From an uncultured virus (IMG/VR IMGVR_UViG_3300037245_004243) (Duplodnaviria > Heunggongvirae > Uroviricota > Caudoviricetes): a stretch of DNA of 64,000 nucleotides. Within the stretch, counting starts at the first letter, position 1. The number at the start of each line of letters is the position of its first letter. The stretch lies in the IMG/VR virus record IMGVR_UViG_3300037245_004243, positions 65,501-129,500 of that record, one strand, 5' to 3'. Both the position numbers and the translations under genes were made by a program. This document shows, one piece after another, positions 17,982 through 26,500 of this stretch. The notes under the pieces were generated by a model, which saw only the letters and a list, made by a program, of their open reading frames with translations, ran no database searches and was not told the origin of the DNA.

Positions 17982-20179
17982 TAATTAGTCTCCGTATAAG
18001 TCTCAGCATTCAAAATAATCGAATCAAATTTCATAAAGGTTTCACGGTTCAATTCCACTGTCCGGTCGGATGTATAAGTGAAATCCAAATCATATGTGCT
18101 ATCTGCCGCCAAACCAAAAGAGACATTATCATCCTGATTTATAATCATATGCCCGGTTGTGTAAGTTATAGATCCGATTTCGTCCCCGTCCCAAAATAAA
18201 AGACCTGAGCCGTTATCAGTCAGCATGTTTCCATTTACTAATCCGGTCACAGAGAGTGGGTCGACAGCCGCGCCCAATCTGATGGCCACATACCCGCTAT
18301 CCTTTACGGTAACCCGCGAGGCAAAAGTGATTGTAGTATCGACGACTTCATCTATTGAATCGACAAATTTAATCAGATTGGAAAGATGAAATGTTTTATT
18401 GAAACCTTCCAAATTATCATCCAGATAAGTATCGATCTGCTCGGCAATATCTTCAGTGTTAAGATTTAACACCGACTCATGGGTAATATTTACAGTCGGG
18501 GAAAAATGCACAATTTGTGGCTGCAGAAATCTGTAAAATATTGCGATAATCTTGGTAATATTCAAAAAGGCGATTATGTCCGCTATCTCGGTATCGTCAA
18601 GATATGAAAAATCGTCTTTGAGTGCCGTGCAATAAACGTGCCCAACATCGACATAAGGAAATTCTTTTGTTGGCCAGCTTTCTACCAACCTTTTAAAATA
18701 AAGACCGCCGCCCAGGTCAACCTCTTCGACATATTCCAGTTCCCCGCCCCATAAAAAGGCATCAAAAAATGTATCATATTTTGAATAGCGTTTTATTAAA
18801 ATATTGTGATCGTCTTGGGTGACTGCCCGGTTTTGTGTCGTGTAAAATAATGGTGCATTTTGCCGGATAGAATCAATGCTCTCTTGCTCTGTTCCATTTT
18901 CCAAGGCGCCCAAAATTGTCAGTGTAAGCTCATCATAATTGGTGACTGAGGAATCAATTGATACCGCCGCCGCATTTCCATTCACGATATCACCGGCAGT
19001 TTTAACATAAATAATCCGGATCTGATCATTTACAGTAGGAATTTGAAATCGTTGTGAATCCCCAAATTTTATAATCAGGTCATCAAAATGATTTATATAA
19101 TAACCGGGATCGTTCAATTCGAATGTTTCTCTGTTGACATTTATCCAGGGAGTTGTGGATGTAATAAATCCCCCTACGCCATCCGGAGAATCCACAAAAA
19201 CATTTAATTCATCGTTCTCGACCTCATCCCGATAATCCAGAGTATATTCCTGAAAATTGCCGCCAGTGGCTATCCAATTTTGCTCTGTTACAACGCCCTC
19301 ATAAAGTCGAACTTCATGAATTTCATTATCGTTTATGATAACGTCTTCAAAATTGGTCAGGTTCAATGAGCCCATCACAAATGGAGAATATTTATTTATT
19401 GTAATCGATAGGTTACGCGTTAATCGGCATTCATCAAAATAGACGCTTTCGTCTACAACGCTATTTCCTGCGCCCAGTGTGAAGTACGTGACAGCGTTTG
19501 TTGCAGTAAAATTGACAGTCTTCAGGTACCAATTCCCGGCAATAGCGGAGAAGAATGTGGAGTCATGCAATTCCCCGGCCATATCGTTTGCATTACTGAT
19601 TAAGAGCCGCGCTATTTGTAATGCACCAGTTCGATATCGAAGAGTGAAGGTGTAATTTTTCCCTATGGAAGTTGCAAATGCCTGGGAGATTAATTTTGCT
19701 GACCCGACATCCTGGAAGATTTTTAAAACTGCATCTGCAGCATCGTGAGCTGAGGAGTTTCCACTATCATCCTCGATTGTGTATATGCCGTCGCTGACAC
19801 TGGTTGCCAAATCCCAATCTGTGGGAGGAGTAACCCCTGTCGCGCCGGTCCAGACTTCACCATTTAGGATATCATTGATTCGCTGAATGCCAGTCCAGAT
19901 GTATGCCGCCGACTTACGTTTCGGAATATAATTCAGAGTATTGGCAATTTTAAAAACATTGGTATCTATCTGAGCTGAATCAGGAAACAATTCATTGACC
20001 GACATATTCAGGTACATTTGCTGATACTGGATACCAAAAGTCATAACATCGAGTAATTGCGACAGCGCCGAACCTTCGAAATTGTAATCTTGGAAATCAG
20101 TATCAGAGCCGATGAATGCTTTAAATTGTTCCTTTAATTCGGCGAAATCGACATTATAAAAATTCTTTATATCGGCCAT
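17981..20179 (-). CDS. gp6: Baseplate wedge subunit gp6
   Basis: DFAELKEQFKAFI..F.DYNFEGSALSQLLD, ESIDSIRQNAPLFYTTQNRAVTQDD. Confidence 0.9.
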   Translation of the reverse strand: MADIKNFYNVDFAELKEQFKAFIGSDTDFQDYNFEGSALSQLLDVMTFGIQYQQMYLNMSVNELFPDSAQIDTNVFKIANTLNYIPKRKSAAYIWTGIQRINDILNGEVWTGATGVTPPTDWDLATSVSDGIYTIEDDSGNSSAHDAADAVLKIFQDVGSAKLISQAFATSIGKNYTFTLRYRTGALQIARLLISNANDMAGELHDSTFFSAIAGNWYLKTVNFTATNAVTYFTLGAGNSVVDESVYFDECRLTRNLSITINKYSPFVMGSLNLTNFEDVIINDNEIHEVRLYEGVVTEQNWIATGGNFQEYTLDYRDEVENDELNVFVDSPDGVGGFITSTTPWINVNRETFELNDPGYYINHFDDLIIKFGDSQRFQIPTVNDQIRIIYVKTAGDIVNGNAAAVSIDSSVTNYDELTLTILGALENGTEQESIDSIRQNAPLFYTTQNRAVTQDDHNILIKRYSKYDTFFDAFLWGGELEYVEEVDLGGGLYFKRLVESWPTKEFPYVDVGHVYCTALKDDFSYLDDTEIADIIAFLNITKIIAIFYRFLQPQIVHFSPTVNITHESVLNLNTEDIAEQIDTYLDDNLEGFNKTFHLSNLIKFVDSIDEVVDTTITFASRVTVKDSGYVAIRLGAAVDPLSVTGLVNGNMLTDNGSGLLFWDGDEIGSITYTTGHMIINQDDNVSFGLAADSTYDLDFTYTSDRTVELNRETFMKFDSIILNAETYTETN

Positions 20180-20180
20180 C

Positions 20181-20399
20181 TTAATCCTCTATTTCGATTT
20201 TATAATCTGGAAAATTCTTTTTTGCAAATTTCGAGGCTTCCTCTGACGAATTAAATGATTTTTTTACAACCGGGTCGGGCTCATCTTTTTCATAAATAAA
20301 CCATTTGGAAGTCGTTTTGCTTATAACCAATGGATAATTCTTATCAGGTGTATAATTTAATTTTAACTGTGCCTCGAATAACTTTCTGAATGATTTCAT
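20181..20399 (-). CDS. Putative capsid-targeted internal protein
   Basis: Leader MKSFRKLFE; inserted between gp25 and gp6. Confidence 0.6.
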   Translation of the reverse strand: MKSFRKLFEAQLKLNYTPDKNYPLVISKTTSKWFIYEKDEPDPVVKKSFNSSEEASKFAKKNFPDYKIEIED

Positions 20400-20405
20400 A
20401 ATTTC

Positions 20406-20789
20406 CTATGATAGTACTGACAAATTGATTGTTAATTCTTCGGTAATATTTAAACTGATAATCGAGTATGTAATCGAAACTTTTATTTTATGATTGTTGG
20501 GATCACTATTAATGACGATTGAATCGATTGAAACCCTCGGCTCCCAGTTTGTGATCGCAAACTCAATCTCCTCTTCTAAACTGGAAATTGTGAATGGGTT
20601 TATTTTTTCAAAAAGTAGGTCGGCAGTTGCCGCACCGAAAATGGGATTCTGAAATTTTGTTTTTGTGCCAATTTTAGTCAAAATAATGGTCTGCAGGGAT
20701 TGCTTAATAGAATCCACATCCTCTTTTAATACGAGATCTCCGAACTCATCAATATCTAAATCATATGGGATATCTGAATAAATCGACAT
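20406..20789 (-). CDS. gp25: Baseplate wedge gp25-like
   Basis: YSDI..DVDSIKQSLQTIILTKIG..P.FG..LLFE..ITNWEPRV. Confidence 0.9.
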   Translation of the reverse strand: MSIYSDIPYDLDIDEFGDLVLKEDVDSIKQSLQTIILTKIGTKTKFQNPIFGAATADLLFEKINPFTISSLEEEIEFAITNWEPRVSIDSIVINSDPNNHKIKVSITYSIISLNITEELTINLSVLS

Positions 20790-20809
20790 TTCTTACCTTT
20801 CAACTCTAT

Positions 20810-21568
20810 TTACGGAGACGCATATGGTTCATAATATGTGACGATGTCATCATATTTGGCTTTATTTAATGCCTGAACATCGCGCCCGGTCGTTATACTT
20901 GATATTCTGGTAAGCAACCCATATGTACCATTAAAGTCGATAGGATCATTTATATGGGAATATCCTGTTGTAAAGGCATTCTGGTCTTGGATTATCCCGG
21001 CATCTGAATCCCATCCAGTCCCATCATAGGCATAAACTACCTCACAGCGCTCGACGGTATTTAATGGATTTGGGAGTGCCGTTTCGCCTGGATCTAAATT
21101 CACAGTCACGCTACCCGCCACAGCAGGGGGATCAGGTCCAGGAATAGGCGCAACAATTACTTGACCGATGATAGTTCTTTCGATATCACCGGGCTGGCAT
21201 TTCACCTTTGTGCCAACTGTAAAAGAAGGGAATGACATCCCTGAAAATTGAAAACTGTTATCGCTGAGTCTGTCGAAAATACCGGGACCATTAATTGGAT
21301 TTCCATCATACGCCCAAATATTCCAAGACGAAATTGAGGTACTGGTATAATAAGTTTTAATTGATTGCCAATTATTTAGAGCCCGTTTTGCTTCTAATCT
21401 GCTATCAAGAGAGGTCTGTGCCGCGCCCATTACACCATCAGTTATGGTCGTGATTTCATCATTTAATGAAACAAGTTCAGCATCTAATCTGTCGACCATT
21501 ATCGCCAAATTTGATGCTATCACGGTATATTCATCAACTAAAATTCTGAGGTCTTCGGCTGTTGTCAT
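20810..21568 (-). CDS. Hypothetical virion-associated protein
   Basis: Probable start 21568 (MTTAEDLR); baseplate gene context. Confidence 0.5.
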   Translation of the reverse strand: MTTAEDLRILVDEYTVIASNLAIMVDRLDAELVSLNDEITTITDGVMGAAQTSLDSRLEAKRALNNWQSIKTYYTSTSISSWNIWAYDGNPINGPGIFDRLSDNSFQFSGMSFPSFTVGTKVKCQPGDIERTIIGQVIVAPIPGPDPPAVAGSVTVNLDPGETALPNPLNTVERCEVVYAYDGTGWDSDAGIIQDQNAFTTGYSHINDPIDFNGTYGLLTRISSITTGRDVQALNKAKYDDIVTYYEPYASP

Positions 21569-22023
21569 ATCTCTTTTCCTTTTAGATACCAAGCACGACC
21601 ATTCGGAATATCAGTGATGACCCATTTTAAATTATTGGTCAAAATTTCTTGCTCCTCTGGATAAATTGACATCTGGCTTATATCTAAATAAGTTTTTGCT
21701 TTAATTTCGATGTAAACTGGTATCTCGCCGCCACCTGCAAAGGTACCTCTCCGGTTTTTATCTTTACTGAAAGCATTTAAACCCGTTTCAATTAGTTTAG
21801 AACCAACCTCCCACTCCCCATTTTCAACTATTTTTTGAACTTCGGATTCCTTTAAATGATATCCCCGGTATATCGTAATCGGTTTATTTCTCTTGATATT
21901 TTTTATGAGGAGTTTTTGATCAGACATCGAATATGGATATAAGGATGCATCTCCACCACCTTTCGCCGACCAAGCTTTTGCACTATCTATCAAACCCTCA
22001 AAAAGTTTTTTAAAAGTAATCAT
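21565..22023 (-). CDS. Leader-bearing ADP-ribosyltransferase-like protein (R-S-E clade)
   Basis: Leader MITFKKLFE; IYRG ... AFSKD ... SIYPEEQEIL. Confidence 0.65.
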   Translation of the reverse strand: MITFKKLFEGLIDSAKAWSAKGGGDASLYPYSMSDQKLLIKNIKRNKPITIYRGYHLKESEVQKIVENGEWEVGSKLIETGLNAFSKDKNRRGTFAGGGEIPVYIEIKAKTYLDISQMSIYPEEQEILTNNLKWVITDIPNGRAWYLKGKEI

Positions 22024-22326
22024 TTATCCCACCATTACATTTGCTGAACCATCGATAATAATCCCGGTAAAACATCCAATAAAAGTCTCGGACATTCTGG
22101 CAACCGGGAGCCCTTCTGCAACAACTGTGCCAGACCCACCAATTATTATTCCAAAATGGCCGTCGTCGCGCATAACAATATCGCTCATCCTGGCCACAGG
22201 CAAACCGTTCACCATTACGGTACCCGCGCCCTGGATAATTGTTCCGGACACATTGTGCTTTGTATCGTCGTGACAGGAATCGTCTCCCATTCCTATATCA
22301 GACATTCTGGCAGCAGGTAAACTCAT
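22024..22326 (-). CDS. PAAR-repeat spike tip protein (gp5.4-like)
   Basis: LPAARMSD, LPVARMSD, LPVARMSE repeats. Confidence 0.92.
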   Translation of the reverse strand: MSLPAARMSDIGMGDDSCHDDTKHNVSGTIIQGAGTVMVNGLPVARMSDIVMRDDGHFGIIIGGSGTVVAEGLPVARMSETFIGCFTGIIIDGSANVMVG

Positions 22327-22327
22327 A

Positions 22328-23200
22328 TTAATTTAGTGATATCATCGATGCGGTCACCATTAACATTCCATCAATACTGATGGTTCCGGTTGCCGCATTA
22401 ATTGTTAAGGCGCCATCTGCATCCACGATAATTGATGTCGCTGATTTTAAATGCATTTTGGTAGATTCCACATTAAATCCGGTCACGCCTTGGACAGTAA
22501 TATTGCTGCCGCCCTTTATCAAAATGTTTCGGTCTCCCTCAACAATTATAAATTCCTCTCCTTTAATCTTGGTGACTTGGATGCCGTCTGGATGAATCTC
22601 CTTAAAGGACCCTGATTTATGTTGGAGATTTATGCGCTCTTTACCAGATGATCGGTCAAGCTCTAAAACATTATCACCAGATTGTATCACTAAATTATCT
22701 GGATATTCCGGATCAAATGTTGTTTCTGGCTCATCCCAGGTTTCATCGATGCATTCTACGCCGGTCTCAACTTCTGATTTTTTAGCGATCACGGCATCAG
22801 GGACCGGAGACCCGGTCGCATAATTCGATATGGGGGATGTGCCCAGGGAATCCTCAGTTGGATTTACACCATTTGGATCACTAAACCCCTTGGTAAAATC
22901 AGGCAACGTTTCTGGTATTTTAGCAACCGATCCCAATATAATCGGGAATTGCTCCTCATCATCAATGTACGATAAAACGACAACAGTGCCATTTTTTGGT
23001 ACAGAAAATTGGCTTGATTCATTTGACATGATCGTGCCGGATTGCAAAGTCTGCGCCCAAGGTAAGTCCGCCACAGGCATATAATCGGTCTGAGTTGAAT
23101 CGGTCCGATTTTCTGTATGCTTACCGATTATTCGAACCTGCACCCGCCCAAGCTTTTCAGAATCAATATTATTTTCGACTATGCCGTAATAAAGTCTCAT
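22328..23200 (-). CDS. gp5: Baseplate central spike gp5-like (OB-fold plus beta-helix, no lysozyme domain evident)
   Basis: YYGIVENNID.EKLGRVQVRIIG.H..LPWA; YPDN..SG..LELD..ERI..HKSGSF.EI.PDG. Confidence 0.85.
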   Translation of the reverse strand: MRLYYGIVENNIDSEKLGRVQVRIIGKHTENRTDSTQTDYMPVADLPWAQTLQSGTIMSNESSQFSVPKNGTVVVLSYIDDEEQFPIILGSVAKIPETLPDFTKGFSDPNGVNPTEDSLGTSPISNYATGSPVPDAVIAKKSEVETGVECIDETWDEPETTFDPEYPDNLVIQSGDNVLELDRSSGKERINLQHKSGSFKEIHPDGIQVTKIKGEEFIIVEGDRNILIKGGSNITVQGVTGFNVESTKMHLKSATSIIVDADGALTINAATGTISIDGMLMVTASMISLN

Positions 23201-23517
23201 AATTGATTGTAATAATCCTCGACAGACATACCCTTGCCCATCTTTGTAAGTGCATCCAATCGGTTAACAAAAACCACCGGGACTTTTTTGCCAAGTTGCT
23301 TGTATGCCGCCGCGCGATGGTTGCCATCAATAATTTTAAAAAGTCCAATTGGATCGAGCCATTTTTTATTAATAAATGAAGGTGTGAGTTTTTCGCCACC
23401 CTTTATGCGCTTGACATATTTTTGCACAATAGAGTCTTTGTAGACCTCTATTTTTAACTTGCTTGCCGGGAGCATTAATGCTTTCGCCTCATTTAAAATT
23501 TGTCTGAAAGTTTTCAT
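23197..23517 (-). CDS. Leader-bearing ParB/sulfiredoxin-like domain protein
   Basis: Leader MKTFRQILNE; IIDGNHRAAAYKQLG..VPV. Confidence 0.65.
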   Translation of the reverse strand: MKTFRQILNEAKALMLPASKLKIEVYKDSIVQKYVKRIKGGEKLTPSFINKKWLDPIGLFKIIDGNHRAAAYKQLGKKVPVVFVNRLDALTKMGKGMSVEDYYNQL

Positions 23518-23963
23518 ATCACTATTTTTATAATTTTTGGATTGCGGACAACATAAATCATTTTGCCCATTTCATCAGTCTGGAGCATATCAATTTTGTT
23601 ATCGTTTAAATATTTTTCTATTGCCACGGCTCGCTGTTTGGAATTGCTCATAGAAAAATCTTTCATCAGCGATTTGCCTATGGCTTCGATTTTATCACCG
23701 AGTTCATTTCCCTCATATGAAATATCCCCGCTCGGATCTAAGAGCGGATTTTTAGGTCTCAATTCAACCTTGATTGAAACTGGTCCCCATCGGGTGTTTG
23801 GTTTATCCGTGAAATAAACCCCATTTCCATACAACCGCGCCCGTGTAATTTTCTTTTGCAATTTAAATCCAGTTGCCCGTATACCATCTGCGACCTTTTT
23901 CTCGACATTATGATATGTAACAAAATTTGTTTTTTCAGTTAAAATTTGATGAAAACTTTTCAT
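23514..23963 (-). CDS. Leader-bearing PARP/ART-like (H-Y clade) protein
   Basis: Leader MKSFHQILTE; TYHNV..GIRATGFK..LYGNGVYFT..YVVRNPKII. Confidence 0.6.
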   Translation of the reverse strand: MKSFHQILTEKTNFVTYHNVEKKVADGIRATGFKLQKKITRARLYGNGVYFTDKPNTRWGPVSIKVELRPKNPLLDPSGDISYEGNELGDKIEAIGKSLMKDFSMSNSKQRAVAIEKYLNDNKIDMLQTDEMGKMIYVVRNPKIIKIVI

Positions 23964-25183
23964 ATTACAATATCCCCCGCCGCGCCCGGTAGATTATCAT
24001 CTAAATTTCTTGCATTTTTCGCCAGCATAATGTTCTGTGAATATTCGAATGCATTTGATATTGTATGCTTTATCGATAAAATAATCCAGCTCCCATCCAG
24101 AGAGGTATTCGGCTCAGTTAAATTATCCTGATTGGGATATTCAACCTTTAAAATGTCGCCTACTTTTCTATCCAGGGTGCCCAGGGTCCGCACCATCAAA
24201 CGATTATTATGCAGCAAGGTTACCATTTGAGCTGATCGGATTTGCGCCACATCGTGATTATGGTATTCCGGACCCACTTTGTTATTAGCAGAAAACAATT
24301 CAGATGAAAACAATAGGTTCCGGCCATTTGTTAAAAAGTTGGCCGCATTATCTGAATATGTTGCTTCGGTTTTAACGAATCCATATCGGTCGTTGTCAGC
24401 CAGTTTATAAAGGGTCTTGCCGAACAACCCCCGGCTTGCATCGATGTTGATATCAAAATATGCGTCTTGCTGGAAAAACTGCATATCATCAACTCGAAAA
24501 GACATCTCCCGTTTTGTTAAATATCGCAGCTCCTCGACAGGTTCCTGGGCGAGCAAATACGAAAGAGGCACAAAATGAAACCCTGCCATCGATTCAAAAA
24601 ATAAATAATCCATCTCGCCCTGGGCTGACACGGCATTTTTTGTCATAAAATCGATAACCGCCGAGCCCTGGCGATAATCACAAAAATAATCGACGACTTC
24701 GGAAGTATATTCTGCTGCAATAGTTTTTTCATGCGATTCATAAATATCCCGCACAATCGACTCAACGACATTTTCCGGATAATCAGAATATTTCCGGCTA
24801 ATCTGATTTAGGATATCAACTTGCTTTTCCGGAGAGTAAAAGTAACACTCTAAAATTTTGGATTTTGCTGATGTTTTTGTTATATCGAAATCCCTATTAA
24901 TTTTATATAACCGAAAGGAATAAACCCTCTGAATATTTGTTGCCCGTTCCTGAAAAGAAATCCTGATTTCTTCATTGCCGGAAAGAGACTCATTTTTAAA
25001 CATATCATAAGTGTCGGATATAAATACCTTGCCGGACATAAAATTTTCAAAGATAGATTCAAATAATTGTAAGCCCAAAAATATCTCGATTAAATCTATC
25101 CGTTTTCCTGCAATGGTAATCAAATCCAAAGAGAGGACTTTTATTGTTTCGAAGACTGGATTTTCAGTTCTAATGGATGCCAT
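23960..25183 (-). CDS. Baseplate hub gp27-like
   Basis: LQLFESIFENFMSG.V.ISD, YLFFES..GFHF.PL, GDIL.V.YP..LDG.WII..IKH; between gp53 and gp5. Confidence 0.75.
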   Translation of the reverse strand: MASIRTENPVFETIKVLSLDLITIAGKRIDLIEIFLGLQLFESIFENFMSGKVFISDTYDMFKNESLSGNEEIRISFQERATNIQRVYSFRLYKINRDFDITKTSAKSKILECYFYSPEKQVDILNQISRKYSDYPENVVESIVRDIYESHEKTIAAEYTSEVVDYFCDYRQGSAVIDFMTKNAVSAQGEMDYLFFESMAGFHFVPLSYLLAQEPVEELRYLTKREMSFRVDDMQFFQQDAYFDINIDASRGLFGKTLYKLADNDRYGFVKTEATYSDNAANFLTNGRNLLFSSELFSANNKVGPEYHNHDVAQIRSAQMVTLLHNNRLMVRTLGTLDRKVGDILKVEYPNQDNLTEPNTSLDGSWIILSIKHTISNAFEYSQNIMLAKNARNLDDNLPGAAGDIVI

Positions 25184-25184
25184 T

Positions 25185-25610
25185 TTATTCCGGTTTGTTT
25201 TTCAAAACATCAGACAAAAATTCATTAACAAATTCAGATTTTAAAACTTTGATTTTCCGTTTAACATCGTTCTCTGCCTGGAGGAGATCATAATTAACTC
25301 CAAATATGGTCAAATCCAAGGACCCTTCACTTGCAATGGTCATCTCCCGCGCGATGATCTGGAGCACAGCATCCGGCAAAGGTAAATCAAAAATCATATC
25401 TCGGATGTCATTAATAATTACCAATACCCAATAAAGCTCAGTATCCGCATATTCATCGAAGGCCACACTTTCTAAAGTCTCGTGTTCCATCAACGTTTTT
25501 GTATACAGATATCTGTCTTCCAGGGCAGCAGTCAAAACATATTTATTAAAAATATTCCTGACTGTAAAATCCCCGGTTTGCATCAATGGCATTAAATCAA
25601 AATATTTCAT
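25185..25610 (-). CDS. gp53: Baseplate wedge gp53 (LysM-like)
   Basis: MKYF..MP, ETLESVAFDEY.DTELYWVLVIINDIRD..FDLPL, KRKIKVLK. Confidence 0.85.
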   Translation of the reverse strand: MKYFDLMPLMQTGDFTVRNIFNKYVLTAALEDRYLYTKTLMEHETLESVAFDEYADTELYWVLVIINDIRDMIFDLPLPDAVLQIIAREMTIASEGSLDLTIFGVNYDLLQAENDVKRKIKVLKSEFVNEFLSDVLKNKPE

Positions 25611-26389
25611 TATATACCTAAGTTATATTCGTTTCTGCTGACGCGCTCGAGTTCTTTTAAAGTTATATCTAATGCGACAGAAGTGGGTGCACCATCCCGG
25701 TAGAAAGACTGTATATCATCAGGGAGGTAATTTACTGAAAGATTCGTGATAACTGATGCTTTAAAAATTAATAATTTATCGAATAAATTGCCACTTTCGC
25801 CGGATGGAAAATGTACTTTTACCATAAAAAACGATGGATAATCGATTACGTTTCCATAAAAATCTGCAATGCTTTGTTTTTTGAAAAACTCAATAACTTC
25901 CGCGAGACGTTGACTGTCCTTTTGACCTTTCGGTAGCAGTTTAAAAGAAAACTGCCATTCCCTAAAATCGGTTAAGCCAAATGCTAAAGACTGAAGGTCA
26001 TTGGTAGTTGAACCTTTTCTGGTTTCCGCAAATTTTGCTATACTGGTTGAGAATCCACGTATGAAATCGATCCCACTTTTTATACCCAATTGAAGCAAAT
26101 TCTTTGCACCGAGGCCTTCCTGCGTTTCCCAGTTAACACTTTGCTGGTCATTTATACTTTCGGCCAATGGTAAAGATACAGAGCCGCGCGATGTGTTCCT
26201 GATAAAAATAGAAGAGTTCTTTTTTGCGTTTCCATCTATATGCCATTTATATGCAGTAAACTGAATATAAGGAACATTTGGGATGTTATTGGGATCACTA
26301 CTCGCAGTGGTATACCCAACTCTGTTTAAATTAGTTGGAAACACTAATCGAGGTGTCGTGTTTTTATTATTATAAGTTTTATTTTCCAT
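25610..26389 (-). CDS. gp48: Baseplate tail-tube cap gp48-like
   Basis: V.LPL..SIND..SVNW, FREWQFSFKLLPK, YP..F, VITNLSVNY.P..F.DGAPTSV.L.I.LKE. Confidence 0.8.
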   Translation of the reverse strand: MENKTYNNKNTTPRLVFPTNLNRVGYTTASSDPNNIPNVPYIQFTAYKWHIDGNAKKNSSIFIRNTSRGSVSLPLAESINDQQSVNWETQEGLGAKNLLQLGIKSGIDFIRGFSTSIAKFAETRKGSTTNDLQSLAFGLTDFREWQFSFKLLPKGQKDSQRLAEVIEFFKKQSIADFYGNVIDYPSFFMVKVHFPSGESGNLFDKLLIFKASVITNLSVNYLPDDIQSFYRDGAPTSVALDITLKELERVSRNEYNLGI

Positions 26390-26435
26390 TAATTATCTCT
26401 TATCGCGGGACCGCGTGATTGAAGGACCTATAAAT

Positions 26436-26469
26436 AAAAAGGGCTCAGGGATTCTTCCTGAGCCCTTTT
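26436..26469. terminator. Intrinsic terminator downstream of major capsid gene (bidirectional shape)
   Basis: AAAAGGGCTCAGG-gattctt-CCTGAGCCCTTTT. Confidence 0.85.
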
Positions 26470-26500
26470 GGACTTCTTTAATTCAGACACTTACCGCCGA

